This document shows, one piece after another, positions 10,062 to 20,120 of a DNA stretch of 24,593 nucleotides. Both the position numbers and the translations under genes were made by a program. Source of the stretch: Chiloscyllium plagiosum (taxonomy: Eukaryota); the NCBI RefSeq assembly GCF_004010195.1, contig NC_057718.1, positions 11,373,569 to 11,398,161 of the forward strand, in the 5' to 3' direction. Under the pieces are notes generated by a model. It ran no database searches. It saw only the letters and a list, made by a program, of their open reading frames with translations, and was not told the DNA's origin. How positions within the stretch are numbered: position 1 is the first letter of the stretch; each line of letters opens with the position of its first letter.

Positions 10062-10592
10062 TTATAGACTCACACAGCACAGAAACAGACCCTTTGGTCC
10101 AACCAGTCCACACCAACCACGTTCTCAAACTAAACTAGTCCCACCTGCCCATATTCCTCCAAAACTTTCCTATTCATGATGCCTTTTAAACTTTGGAACT
10201 GTACCTGCATCCACACACGAACCGCTCTCTGGGGAAAAAAAAAAATGCCCTTCACATTTTTTTTAAAACTTTCTCCTTTCAGTTTAAAAGTATGCCCTCT
10301 TGTTTTGAACTCCCCCACCCTAGGGTAAAGGCCTTTGCTAGTCACCTTATCCATTCTCCTCATGAGTTTATAAACCTCTATAAAATCACCTCTCAAACTC
10401 CTACACTCCAGGGTAAAAAGTCCCAGCCTATCCAGTCTATTTTTATATCTCCAAACCTCCATTCCCAGCAACATTCTGCTAAATCTTTTCTGAACCCTCT
10501 CCAGCTTAATAATATCCTTCCTATATCAGGGAGACCAGAACTGGACACAGTAATCCAGAAGAGGCCTCACCAATGTCCTGTACGATCACAAC
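10062..10592 (-). mobile_element. CR1 (HER1-like) 3' fragment
   Basis: ORF 10130-10474: YKNRLDRLGLFTLECRSLRGDFIEVYKLMR...KTRGHTFKL. Confidence 0.92.
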
Positions 10593-10607
10593 ATAGTGAA
10601 CTGATCA

Positions 10608-11262
10608 TTTTATTTTAATATTTGTTCATGGGATGTGGGTGAGACTGGCTAGGCCAGCAATTATAGCCCACCCCTAATTTCCCAGAGGGCAGTAAATAGT
10701 CAACCACATTGTGGGTCTGGAGTCACATGTCGGCCAGACCAGGTAAGGATGGCAGATTTCCTCCCCTAAGAGAACATTGGTGAACCACATGAGTTTTAAC
10801 AACAATGTTGACATAGTCACAAACAATGTTGACATAGTCACAATTCGGCTAGTGTTTTATTCCAGAGTTTTATTAAATTCAAATTTCATCATCTGCCAGA
10901 ATGGGATTTGAACTCATGCCCTCGGAATAGTAGCCTAGGGTTTCAGGAGTATAAGGTGGCTCAGTGGTTAGCACAGCTGCCTTCCAGCACCAGGGACCTG
11001 GGTTTGATTTCACTCTTGGGAAACTGTCTGTGTGGAGTTTGCTCTGGGATGTGGAGTTTGCTTCCTCCGGGATGCTCCGGTTTCCTCCCACAGTCCAAAG
11101 ATGTGTAGGTTGGGTGGACTGGCCCTGGGAAATGCAGAGATAAGGTAGAGGGTTGGTTCGGATGCTCTTCGGAGGGTTAGTGTGGACTTGATGGGCTGAA
11201 TGGCCTTCTAATACACTGTAGGGATTTTATGAAGTGCAGTGACATGACCACTACACCACCAT
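10608..11262 (-). mobile_element. SINE-B interrupted in its head by an HE1 SINE
   Basis: Tail and body 10608-10950 match 1520-1870; head resumes at ~11233 (CAGTGACATGACCACTACACCACC); contains a 21-bp tandem duplication at 10801-10842. Confidence 0.85.
10953..11232 (+). mobile_element. HE1-like V-SINE
   Basis: GGTGGCTCAGTGGTTAGCAC head, V-domain, CACTGTAGGGATTTTATGA tail. Confidence 0.9.
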
Positions 11263-11380
11263 TTTATATCATGAACGCTGCTTCCCTGTCCACTGATACT
11301 GGGCTGGAATTGAATTCGCTACCAAAAAAAATGTTGAGCCAAGTAGCTCAAACTCATTATTAGGGAAAACTACATAAGTA

Positions 11381-11597
11381 CAGTTGGTTCGGCTGTAGCA
11401 TATGCTTCTTCAACATGGATTGGCTTTAACGCGATTGAAGAATTTGGACCGTAATTTGTAGTTCATGAACGTTCCTTACCTATATTGGATATAACGCGTT
11501 TCCAGCCCCATTAGTTTACATAATGTTGCTATTGTGTGTTTTTCTTATGAGGCAAGATCACAAACAAACAGAACTATTGTATAATATCAGAACTGAG
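11381..11597. mobile_element. Possible degenerate Tc1/mariner (Tigger/pogo-like) MITE
   Basis: TA-CAGTTGGTTCGGCTGTAG left end, ATATCAGAACTGAG-TA right end (imperfect inverted match), internal TAACGCG twice. Confidence 0.4.
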
Positions 11598-11875
11598 TAA
11601 CATGAGGGAGTAAAGGCTTTGTGAAGTGGGACTGGGTGGATGCTCGTGTGGACTGTGACCATCAGGTTAGGGCAGAATACCCTGTTTGGGCAAACCCTTT
11701 TTCTCCCGTCCATGGAAGGATTGTGAGTATCGCTGGGCAGGCCGATTCCTAACTGAGGAGGAGGCAGCATGCAGCAGTCCTTGGGGTGTAGGGCTGAATG
11801 CACTCTCACATAAAGGCTCATTTCAGATGGAGGTTAAGAGTCAACCACATGTCTATTAGTCTGGAGTCACAAGTA

Positions 11876-12009
11876 TTCATTCCTGATGAAGGGCTTTTAC
11901 CCGAAACGTCGATTTCCCTGCTCCTCGGATGCTGCCTGACCTGCTGTGCTTTTCTAGCACCACACAGATCTAGACTTGGATCTCCAGCATCTGCAGTCCT
12001 CACTTTTGC
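11876..12009 (+). mobile_element. Solo Penelope pLTR with perfect 15-bp TSD
   Basis: CTGGAGTCACAAGTA at 11861-11875 and 12010-12024; sequence matches the pLTR of the PLE at 6346-7170. Confidence 0.9.
11883..11910 (+). ncRNA. Minimal hammerhead ribozyme motif (PLE type)
   Basis: CTGATGA-A-GGG-CTTTTA-CCC-GAAAC-GTC: core boxes, stem II and GUC cleavage triplet. Confidence 0.75.
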
Positions 12010-12367
12010 CTGGAGTCACAAGTAGGCTAAATGACAGGTATCCTTCCCGAAAGGATGTTAAGTGACCATTTTGCCACAATCTCTAGTTTTACTTTGGTCA
12101 CCAAGTCACGATAGCTATTCTTTTTTTTGATTCCAGATTTAATTAAGTGAATTTAAACCTCACAGCTGCCTCGTGTGATTTGAACGTCTATGTCTCAAAC
12201 ATTAACCCAGGCCTCTGGATTATTTGCCAAGTAACATAATCACCATTCCCACAGCCCCAGTAGATCCATTTTGGATGCAATAAACGTTCTATTGTTTTCA
12301 AGGAGTTTGTGCTGTTACATTGGAAAGAACTCTGACTCAGTGCAAATTGATGGTTTAATATATTTCA

Positions 12368-13465
12368 CTTCCATCTCCAACAAGAGAGAATCTAACCATC
12401 GCCCCCTTAACATTCAATGGCGTAACCATCACTGAGTCCCCCATTGTCAACATCCTGGGAGAGTACCATTGATCAGGATCTGAACGGAACCACACATGTA
12501 AGTGTTCTGGCAACAAGAACAGAACAGAATCCTGCAGCGAGTAACTCACCTCCTGCCTCCCCAAAGCTGGCCCATCATCGACAAGGTACAAGTTAGGGGT
12601 GTGATGGAATACTCCCCACTTGCCTTGATGGGTGCAGCTCCAACACATTCAAGAAACTCGACCCTATCAGGATAAAGCAGCCGGCTTGATTGGCACCACA
12701 TCCACAAGTATCACTCCCTTCACACTGACGCTCAGTAGCAGCAGTTTGTACCATCCAGTTCCAAGGTGCACTGAAGAAATTTATCAAGGCTCATCAGACA
12801 GCACCTTCCAAGCCCACAAGCAATTCCATCTAGAAGGACAAGGGCAGCAGATAAATGGGAACGCCACCTACCATATGTTCCCCTCCAAGGCACTCACCGT
12901 CCTGACTTGGAAGTATATCACCGTCCCTTCACTGCCTCCAGGTCAAAGTTCAGGAACTCCCTGTCTAACAGCATTGTGGGTGTACCGACAGTAGGCGGAC
13001 TGCAGTGGTTCAAGAAGGCAGCTCACCCCCAAGGGCAACTAGGGCAATAAATGCTGGCCCAGCCAGTGATGCAAACATCACTGTTTGCAATTTGGACTGT
13101 TGCAAACATCACTGTTGGGCGGCACGGTGGCACAGTGGTTAGCACTGCTGCCTCACAGCGCCAGAGACCTGGGTTCAATTCCCGACTCAGGCGACTGTCT
13201 GTGTGGAGTTTGCACGTTCTCCCCGTGTCTGCGTGGGTTTCCTCCGGCTGCTCCGGTTTCCTCCCACAGTCCAAAGATGTGCAGGTCAGGTGAATTGGCC
13301 ATACTAAATTGCCCGTAGTGTTAGGTAAGGGGTAAATGTAGGGGTATGGGTGGGTTGCGCTTCGGCGGGTCGGTGTGGATTTGTTGGGCTGAAGTGCCTG
13401 TTTCCATACTGTAAGTAATCTAATCTAATCTAATCTAATCCCATCAATGAGCAATTAAAAAAAGA
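12368..13465 (+). mobile_element. L2/Crack-like LINE 3' fragment with an HE1 SINE inserted in its tail
   Basis: Colinear with 4905-5665; QDKAAGLIGTTSTSI peptide; tail breaks at ~13079 and resumes at ~13440 (CCATCAATGA..A-run). Confidence 0.88.
13117..13440 (+). mobile_element. HE1 SINE, full length, well preserved
   Basis: GGGCGGCACGGTGGCACAGTGGTTAGCACTGCTGCCTCACAGCGCCAG head with A/B boxes, retained CpGs, (TAATC)5 tail. Confidence 0.95.
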
Positions 13466-14020
13466 GCTGTGTCTGGAACAAACCGTTGGCAATGGAAACC
13501 ACTCAGCTGGCGTGAAGAGAGAAATGCATCCAATAAGGGGTACCATATCAATGCAGCCTATCGAAATGTAGCCAAAATTGCCATGGCCACAAAAATGTTG
13601 TTTTTGTCCGGGAGAACCTCAGCTGGTGTACTTGATTCCAGGAATTCTCCTTGAGATATTCCAAGGCGTCCGCGGAATATTGGACACCTCTGCCAGTGTA
13701 ACTCGGCTTGCTGAGCTGGAAAAAATGTTCAGTCTAGCTGGCCCCATACCCATTCATTACCTGCCTCGTTAGGAATGATTCACACATCACTAACATCTGA
13801 AGGCTTTCAAAAGACTGCAGCATAAACCGAGTAGCTCAAAGCTTGCCAGTGTCAGTTGACTGTAGTGTAGGTTTATGGAACATGTGCAGTACTGTCAGTA
13901 CCAGCAGATAGAGCCAGGCATCTGAAGTAAGTGTGTTCAGTTCTGAATGTCGTAATTCTGCAAGGATTTATTGGCCATGGAGGATGTGCATTGCAGGCTC
14001 ACCAGGATAGGAACCACACT

Positions 14021-14320
14021 AGGGGCAGCACAATGGCTCAGTAGTTAGCACTGCTGCCTCACAGCATCAGGGATTTGGGTTCGATTCCAGCCTTGTGTGA
14101 CTGTCTGTGTGGAGTTTCTCCCTGTGTCTGTGTGGGTTTTCCCCCCACAGTCCAAAAATGTGCTGGTTAGCGTGGATTGGCCATAGTGTCCAGGGATGTG
14201 TAGATTAGGTGCATGAGTCAGGGGTAAATGTAGAGTAATGGGTCTGGGTGGGATACTCTTCGGTGGGTCAGTGTGAACTTGTAGAGATGAAGGGCCTGTC
14301 TCCATGCTGTAGAAATTCTA
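14021..14320 (+). mobile_element. HE1-like V-SINE
   Basis: GGGGCAGCACAATGGCTCAGTAGTTAGCAC head, B box GGTTCGATTCC, CR1-type tail. Confidence 0.9.
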
Positions 14321-14418
14321 ACTTTAACTTTAAAAGCATTAAATTCAATTGAACAAGTGTTGAGGCAATAGAAAAGGCAATGGTCTACTGATATTATCGC
14401 TAGACTATTATCCAGAGA

Positions 14419-14546
14419 TTCCTGAAGAAGGGCTTATGCCCGAAACGTCGATTCCCCTGTTCCTTGGATGCTGCCTGATCTGCTGTGCTTTTCCAGCAAC
14501 ACATTTTTCAGCTCTGATTTCCAGCATCTGCAGTCCTCACTTTTTC
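14419..14546 (+). mobile_element. Solo Penelope pLTR with 14-bp TSD
   Basis: CTATTATC(C/T)AGAGA at 14405-14418 and 14547-14560. Confidence 0.9.
14422..14449 (+). ncRNA. Minimal hammerhead ribozyme motif (PLE type)
   Basis: CTGAAGA-A-GGGC-TTAT-GCCC-GAAAC-GTC: CUGANGA box, perfect 4-bp stem II, GAAA, GUC. Confidence 0.78.
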
Positions 14547-15291
14547 CTATTATCTAGAGACCTAGATAATGTTCTAGGGATCCAGGTTAGAATCCTACTA
14601 CTGCCAATAGTGGAGTTTTAATTCAATTTTTAAAAATCTGGAATTAAGATTCTGCTGATGACGATGAAACTGTTGCTGATTGTTGGAAAAACATACCTGG
14701 TTGACTAATGTCCTACAGGGAAGGAATTCTGCCATCCTTACCTGATCTGGCCTCCATGTGACTCCAAACCCACAGCAATGTGGTTGACTCTGAATTGCCC
14801 TCTGGAATGGCCTGGCAAGCCATTCAGCTGTACCAAACGCTAGAAAGTCTCAAGGAAATGAAACCAGATGGATCACCTGGAATCAGCCTAGGCACCAGAA
14901 AAGACAGTGGCAGAAACAGACAGTCGACCCTACCAAGTCCTCACTGATATCTGAAAGCTCGAGCCAAAATTGGGAGAGCTGTCTCACCCATTAGTCATAG
15001 TCATACTCACAGAATCATACCTTACAGGCAATCCCCCCCACACCACCACCACCACCAACCCTGGATGTATCCTGTCTTACTGGCAGGATACATCCAGCAG
15101 AGGTGGTGGCACAGTGGTATACAGTCTAGAGGGAGTTTCTCTGGGAGTCCTCCACATTGATTCTGGACCCTATGAAGTCTTATAGCTTCAGGCCAAACAT
15201 GGGCAAGGAAACCACCTGCTGATTTCCACACGCTGTCCTCCCTCAGCTAATGAATAGTACTCCTCCGTATTGAACAATATTTGGAGGAAGC

Positions 15292-15791
15292 NNNNNNNNN
15301 NNNNNNNNNNNNNNNNNNNNNNNNNNNNNNNNNNNNNNNNNNNNNNNNNNNNNNNNNNNNNNNNNNNNNNNNNNNNNNNNNNNNNNNNNNNNNNNNNNNN
15401 NNNNNNNNNNNNNNNNNNNNNNNNNNNNNNNNNNNNNNNNNNNNNNNNNNNNNNNNNNNNNNNNNNNNNNNNNNNNNNNNNNNNNNNNNNNNNNNNNNNN
15501 NNNNNNNNNNNNNNNNNNNNNNNNNNNNNNNNNNNNNNNNNNNNNNNNNNNNNNNNNNNNNNNNNNNNNNNNNNNNNNNNNNNNNNNNNNNNNNNNNNNN
15601 NNNNNNNNNNNNNNNNNNNNNNNNNNNNNNNNNNNNNNNNNNNNNNNNNNNNNNNNNNNNNNNNNNNNNNNNNNNNNNNNNNNNNNNNNNNNNNNNNNNN
15701 NNNNNNNNNNNNNNNNNNNNNNNNNNNNNNNNNNNNNNNNNNNNNNNNNNNNNNNNNNNNNNNNNNNNNNNNNNNNNNNNNNNNNNNNNNN
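15292..15791. other. Assembly gap (500 N)
   Basis: Run of N; the round length suggests a placeholder size. Confidence 0.99.
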
Positions 15792-16007
15792 GGGTTTCCT
15801 CCGGGTGCTCCGGTTTCCTCCCACAATCCAAAGATGTGCAGGTCAGGTGAATTGGCCATGCTAAATTACCCATAGTATTAGATGGATTAGTCAGGGGTAA
15901 ATACAAGGTTGGGGAATGGGTCTGGATGGGTTACTCTTTAGAGGGTCGGTGTGGACTTGTTGGGCTGAAGGTCCTGTTTCCATACTATAGGGAATTTAAT
16001 CTAGTCT
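15792..16007 (+). mobile_element. HE1 SINE 3' part (5' end in the gap)
   Basis: GGGTTTCCTCCGGGTGCTCCGG V-domain through AATCTAGTCT tail. Confidence 0.92.
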
Positions 16008-16639
16008 AAGAGTGGGCCAGAGGCTAGGAATACTGCAGCGAGTAACTAACCTTCAGACTCCCCAAAACCTGTCCACCATCTACAAGGCACAAGTCATGAG
16101 TCTGATGGAATACTGCCCACTTGCCTGGGTGAGTGCAGCTCCAACAACACTCCAGAAGCTTAAAACCATCCAGAACAAAACAGTTCACTTCATTGGCACC
16201 ACATCCACAAGCATCCACTTCCTCTACCGCCGATGCTCAGTTGCAGCAGTGTGTGCTATCTACAAGATACACTGCAGAAATTCATCAAAGATCCTCAGGT
16301 ATCACCTTCCAAACCCACAACCACTTCCATCTAGAAGGACAAGGGTAACAGATATATGGGACCACTACCCTCTTCAAGTTCTCCTCTAAGCTGCTCACCA
16401 TCCAGACTTGGAAATATATTGCCGTTTCTTCACTGTCACTGGGACAAAATCCTGGAATTCCCTCCCCAGTGGCATTGTGGGTCAACCCACAGCAGGGGGA
16501 CTGCAGCGGTTCAGGAAAGCAGCTCATCACCACCTTCTCAAGGGGCAACTAAGGATGGGCAACAAATGCTGGGCCCAGTCAAGGATGCCCACATTCCAGA
16601 AAACGAATAAATAAAAAAAATTAGGCATTATATTAGCAG

Positions 16640-17010
16640 AGATGCTAGACGAAAAGTAAAGTCACTAGATCGGTGATCCAAAGGCCTAGACTAATAATCT
16701 GGGGAACATGGGTTCAAATTCTGCATCTGCAGCTAATGGAATTTAAATCAAATTAATAGATCTGTAATAAAAAGCCTATCTCATTTATGGTGACCATGAC
16801 AAATATCATCAATTGTTGTAACACCATCTGGTTCATTAATGTCCTTCCAGGAAGGAAATCTGCCCTCCTTACTTGGTCTGGCTGATATCTGACCCCAGAC
16901 CCCAGACCAGTAACCCTTACCATTCCTCTGAAATGCCCGAGCAAGCCTCTCAGGTCAAGGGCAATTAGGGACGGGTAACAAAATGCTTACCTTGTCAGTG
17001 ACATCCACAT
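16640..17010 (+). mobile_element. SINE-B, older copy
   Basis: B box GGTTCAAATTC, body GGAAGGAAATCTGCC, junction GCAAGCCTCTCAGG-TCAAGGGCAATTAGGG into the LINE tail. Confidence 0.8.
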
Positions 17011-17112
17011 TTTTGTTTACCCATCCATGGGATGTGGGCATGGTTGGTTTGGTTAGCATTTATTGCTCATCCCTAATTGCCCAGAGGGCAGTTAAAGGGT
17101 AACCACATGGTG

Positions 17113-17195
17113 GATAGTGTGACCGAGCGGTATAAGGTGCTGGATTTAGGTTCCAGTCTCAAAGGAGGTGTGGGTCCGAATCCCCACGGTTACCA
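17113..17195 (+). pseudogene. tRNA-Leu (anticodon UAG) pseudogene
   Basis: GATAGTGTGACCGAGCGGTATAAGGTGCTGGATTTAGGTTCCAGTCTCAAAGGAGGTGTGGGTCCGAATCCCCACGGTTACCA aligns with vertebrate tRNA-Leu-TAG; anticodon stem CTGGA/TCCAG, TAG at 17147-17149, long variable arm; mutated B box (GGTCCGAATCC) and mismatched acceptor stem. Confidence 0.9.
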
Positions 17196-17215
17196 TTGTG
17201 CTGACTGATTATTAT

Positions 17216-17529
17216 GGGATGGCACGGTGGCTCAGTGTTTAGCACTGCTGCCTCACAGCGCCCGGGGCCCAGGTTCGATTCCTGCCCCGGGTGGCTGTCT
17301 GGGGGGAGTTTGCACATTCTCCCCGTGTCTGCGTGGGTTTCCTCCCACAGTTCAAAGATGTGCAGGTCAGGTGAATTAGCAATGCTAAATTGCCCGTAGT
17401 GATAGGTGCATTAGTCAGGGGTAAATATAGAGTAGGGGAATGAGTCTGGGTAGGTTACTCTTTAGAGGTCGGTGTGGACTTGTTGGGCTGAAGGGCCTGT
17501 TTCCACACTGTAGGGAATCTAATCTAATC
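17216..17529 (+). mobile_element. HE1 SINE, near full length
   Basis: GGGATGGCACGGTGGCTCAGTG head, B box GGTTCGATTCC, small deletion in the V-domain, (AATCT)n tail. Confidence 0.93.
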
Positions 17530-18234
17530 ACATTGCTGTGGGTCTGGAGTCACATGTAGGACAGACCAGCTACAGTTGTTAGCTTCCTTCCTTAAAGGAC
17601 ATTGGTGAACTGGATAGGGTTTTTCAATAGCTGATAATAGTTTCATGGTCATCATTAGAGTTTTGTTTCCAGATTTCTATCATCATCCACTGTGCTGGGA
17701 TTCAGGCGCAGATCATTACCTGGGCCTCTGGATTAATCCAGCCATAATCATATTCGGTTGTCATCTTCCCTTAATTAAGGATGTCAGCCTAGCCAGCGCT
17801 GCCTACATCCTGGGAATGAATGAAAAAAATCCTTCCAATGAACTGCGAGGCTGATCCACAGTTTGAAACGTTACAGTGCTGTGTGCTGTTTGAAACGGAG
17901 ACTCTCTGGCATTCGGAGTCTACTGAAGCTGCTGCCTTCTGATATTCTCATTAGTTGGGTATAATAATCAGTTTGGTCGCTAGCCAAATCCATCAATGTA
18001 ACAGCATTCCATTAAACTCAATGTACCAAGTATTCCATGTAGGAATTCTATAACGAAAAATAGTTTCCACTGTTAAGGAAAACTAAGATGAGGTAGTGAC
18101 TGTAGCTTTCATCAGGCAGAAGTCTAGAGGGAAATCAAACAGTTGACACCCTGATGGCTGGGTGCACCTTTGAGCTTTAAAATGGATAGCCAATATTTTT
18201 GACCAACCCAGGCAGACATTCAACGTTGAACGTG

Positions 18235-18700
18235 TAATAGCCTTATCTGGGTGTGTGCAGCTCCAACAACACCCAAGAAACTCGACACCATCTGGGACAC
18301 TGTAAGTTACTTGATCGACACTCCATTCACCAGGTTAAAGATTCACTCCCTCCACCACCAACGCAATGGCTGCGGTGTAGACCGTTTGGAAGTAGTACCA
18401 TGGTAAGTGGTTAGGCAGCCCTTCCAAACTTGAAGCCTTTACCATCCTGAAGGACAAGGGGAGCAGATACACGGAGCATCACCACCTACTGTTAGCTCCG
18501 AGCCACTCACCGCCCTGACTTGGGAATACATCATTGTTGCTTCAGTGTCATTGGGTCACAACCCTGACATAATCCTCCCTCATGATACTGTGGGGATAAC
18601 TTCAGTGGATGGACTACAGTAGTTCAAGAGGGCAGCTCATTGCCACCTTCTCCAGAGCCAGTCATGTTGCTGACATTGTCAGTGACGTTCACAAGTCAGG
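18235..18700 (+). mobile_element. Old L2/Crack-like LINE 3' fragment
   Basis: GTGCAGCTCCAACAACACCCAAGAAACTCGACACCATC and GGACTACAGTAGTTCAAGAGGGCAGCTCA match the other copies. Confidence 0.8.
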
Positions 18701-18993
18701 AGCAGACAAGCGACATGCTAGTCCACAAAGGTAGCCTCATCACTTCACTCCCATTCCCAGAGATGCTGGACATCTCCAGGCCCTCACAAAGACTGTCCCT
18801 TCCCCTCTACCCTCCCTTGCCACCTTCTCCAGAGCCAGTCAGGTTGCTGACATTGTCAGTGACATTCACAAGTCAGGAGCAGACAAGCGACATGCTCGTC
18901 CACAAAGGTAGCCTCATCACTTCACTCCCATTCCCAGGGATGCTGGACATCTCCAGGCCCTCACAAAGACTGTCCCTTCCCCTCTACCCTCCC
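18640..18993. repeat. 177-bp tandem duplication (2 copies)
   Basis: Units 18640-18816 and 18817-18993; 4 substitutions by eye. Confidence 0.97.
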
Positions 18994-19744
18994 TAAGCTC
19001 AGCAGCTTTCCTCTTCCCCCCAATCACCTCAATGTGTCACTTGGCCACACTCCTTGCTCTATGTCACATTCTTCCACACTCACTGCAGTTCATAGAAATG
19101 GAGATCCTGCTTCTTGACTCTTCATGTCGATGCTTTCTCAATCCCCCTGAAGTTACTTTGTCTTCTCTCCTTCCTCCTCCAGTTGCTACGTCCTTTTCCT
19201 ATCTATCATCATCATTCACATCCTCCATAGCTGTCCTTTCTCCCTTCCATTCTCTCTAGCAGTCCCCCTTTCAATTTACCTGATGACAAGCAGTATTCTC
19301 TTTCTTTCATTATCCTCCATTCCCCCCTTTCACTACCGTCTACCTCCTCCCATCCTGTTCCACACAACTCTTCGCTGATGATCTGATTGCTGAATTATTA
19401 AAGCAAACTCAAGCTCTCTCTTGTCACCATTGTTGCTATTGCCAGTGGAGGGACAGTGGGTTCTGTATACTGTATGGGGGACCTGCTGCCTTATGATAGT
19501 TCCCGTATGCAGTAAAGTACAGACCCAGCTGCGGTGTTGGCAATGGAGCTGCGAATCTGCTCAATACATGGGCAGATGGACGCAGAATAAGCACTGCAGA
19601 GGGGAGGTGGTTTCTATATCTGCGATTTGCAACAAAACATAGAGTAAAGGGTTAGCTCTTGAGCACACACATTAATGTTACATTGATGGTGGGGCAATGA
19701 TCATGGAGAGCCTCTGAAGAAGGAGCGGCAGCCTAGGCCCACAC

Positions 19745-20120
19745 TCACTTGAGTTGAGAATATTGAGAGACAATTTTAATGAAGTATACAAGATTCAAAA
19801 TGGCCTCCACAGGGTGGATGCTGGGAGATTGTTTTCATTCCCAGAAGAGGCGGGAACAAAGGGTCTCTGTTTCTGAATGAGGCATCACTGAGAAGAGAAG
19901 AAATTCTTTCCTCAAAACATCATTAATCTTCAGAGCTCTGAACCCCAGAGAGTGTGAAGGCCAAGTCATTGAAAGTGCTCAGGCCTGAGATAGACAATTA
20001 TGAACTATAGGCGAGGTAAGAGTTGTGGGAATAGTCAAGAAAGTGGAGTTGAGGCCATGATCAGATCAGCCACGACCTTACTGAGTAGCAGAACATGTCG
20101 AAAGGACAAATGGCAAAATG
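19745..20120 (+). mobile_element. Old CR1 3' fragment
   Basis: AATGAAGTATACAAGATT..ACAGGGTGGATGCTGGGAG, CCCAGAGAGTGTGAAGGCCAAGTCATTG, GATCAGATCAGCCA motifs. Confidence 0.75.

Larger units (their letters stand above)
11700..12258 (-). mobile_element. SINE-B-related element interrupted by a Penelope pLTR
   Basis: GTTAAGAGTCAACCACAT..CTGGAGTCACA body and GATTTGAAC..CCCAGGCCTCTGGATTA head. Confidence 0.75.
14372..16620 (+). mobile_element. L2/Crack-like LINE with tRNA-like 5' head, degenerate APE and RT C-terminus; spans the gap and carries pLTR and HE1 insertions
   Basis: SINE-B head/body 14372-14827; APE-like peptides KLGELSH..IVILTESYL and QDTSSRGGGTVVY (14970-15185); RT C-terminal RLGILQRV..TIYKAQVMSLMEYCPLAW (16012-16389); tail with A-run at ~16620. 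Continuity across the gap is inferred. Confidence 0.75.
17012..17770 (-). mobile_element. SINE-B split by a tRNA-Leu/HE1 insertion
   Basis: Breaks after GAGGGCAGTTAAAGGGTAACCACAT (17108) and resumes at CACATTGCTGTGGGTCTGGAGTCAC (17529). Confidence 0.85.

Noticed and set aside
10801..10842. 21-bp perfect tandem duplication
   Set aside because: Ordinary slippage inside a SINE.
13441..13935. Short exon-like segments (minus 36 nt ending CAG|GTAATG near 13761; plus segment ending GAA|GTAAGT near 13926)
   Set aside because: Opposite strands, weak acceptors and no recognisable peptide; compatible with chance.
15188..15906. Five long ORFs of 189-223 aa
   Set aside because: Artefacts of translating through the N gap.
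16012..16389. Intact reverse transcriptase CDS
   Set aside because: Only a degenerate C-terminal piece; the upstream endonuclease part has stops and frameshifts.
17113..17195. Functional tRNA-Leu gene
   Set aside because: Mutated T-loop/B box, mismatched acceptor stem, CpG-type decay and no oligo-T terminator.
18994..19420. Pyrimidine-rich tract, possibly an ancient LINE endonuclease relic
   Set aside because: Too degenerate to assign by eye.
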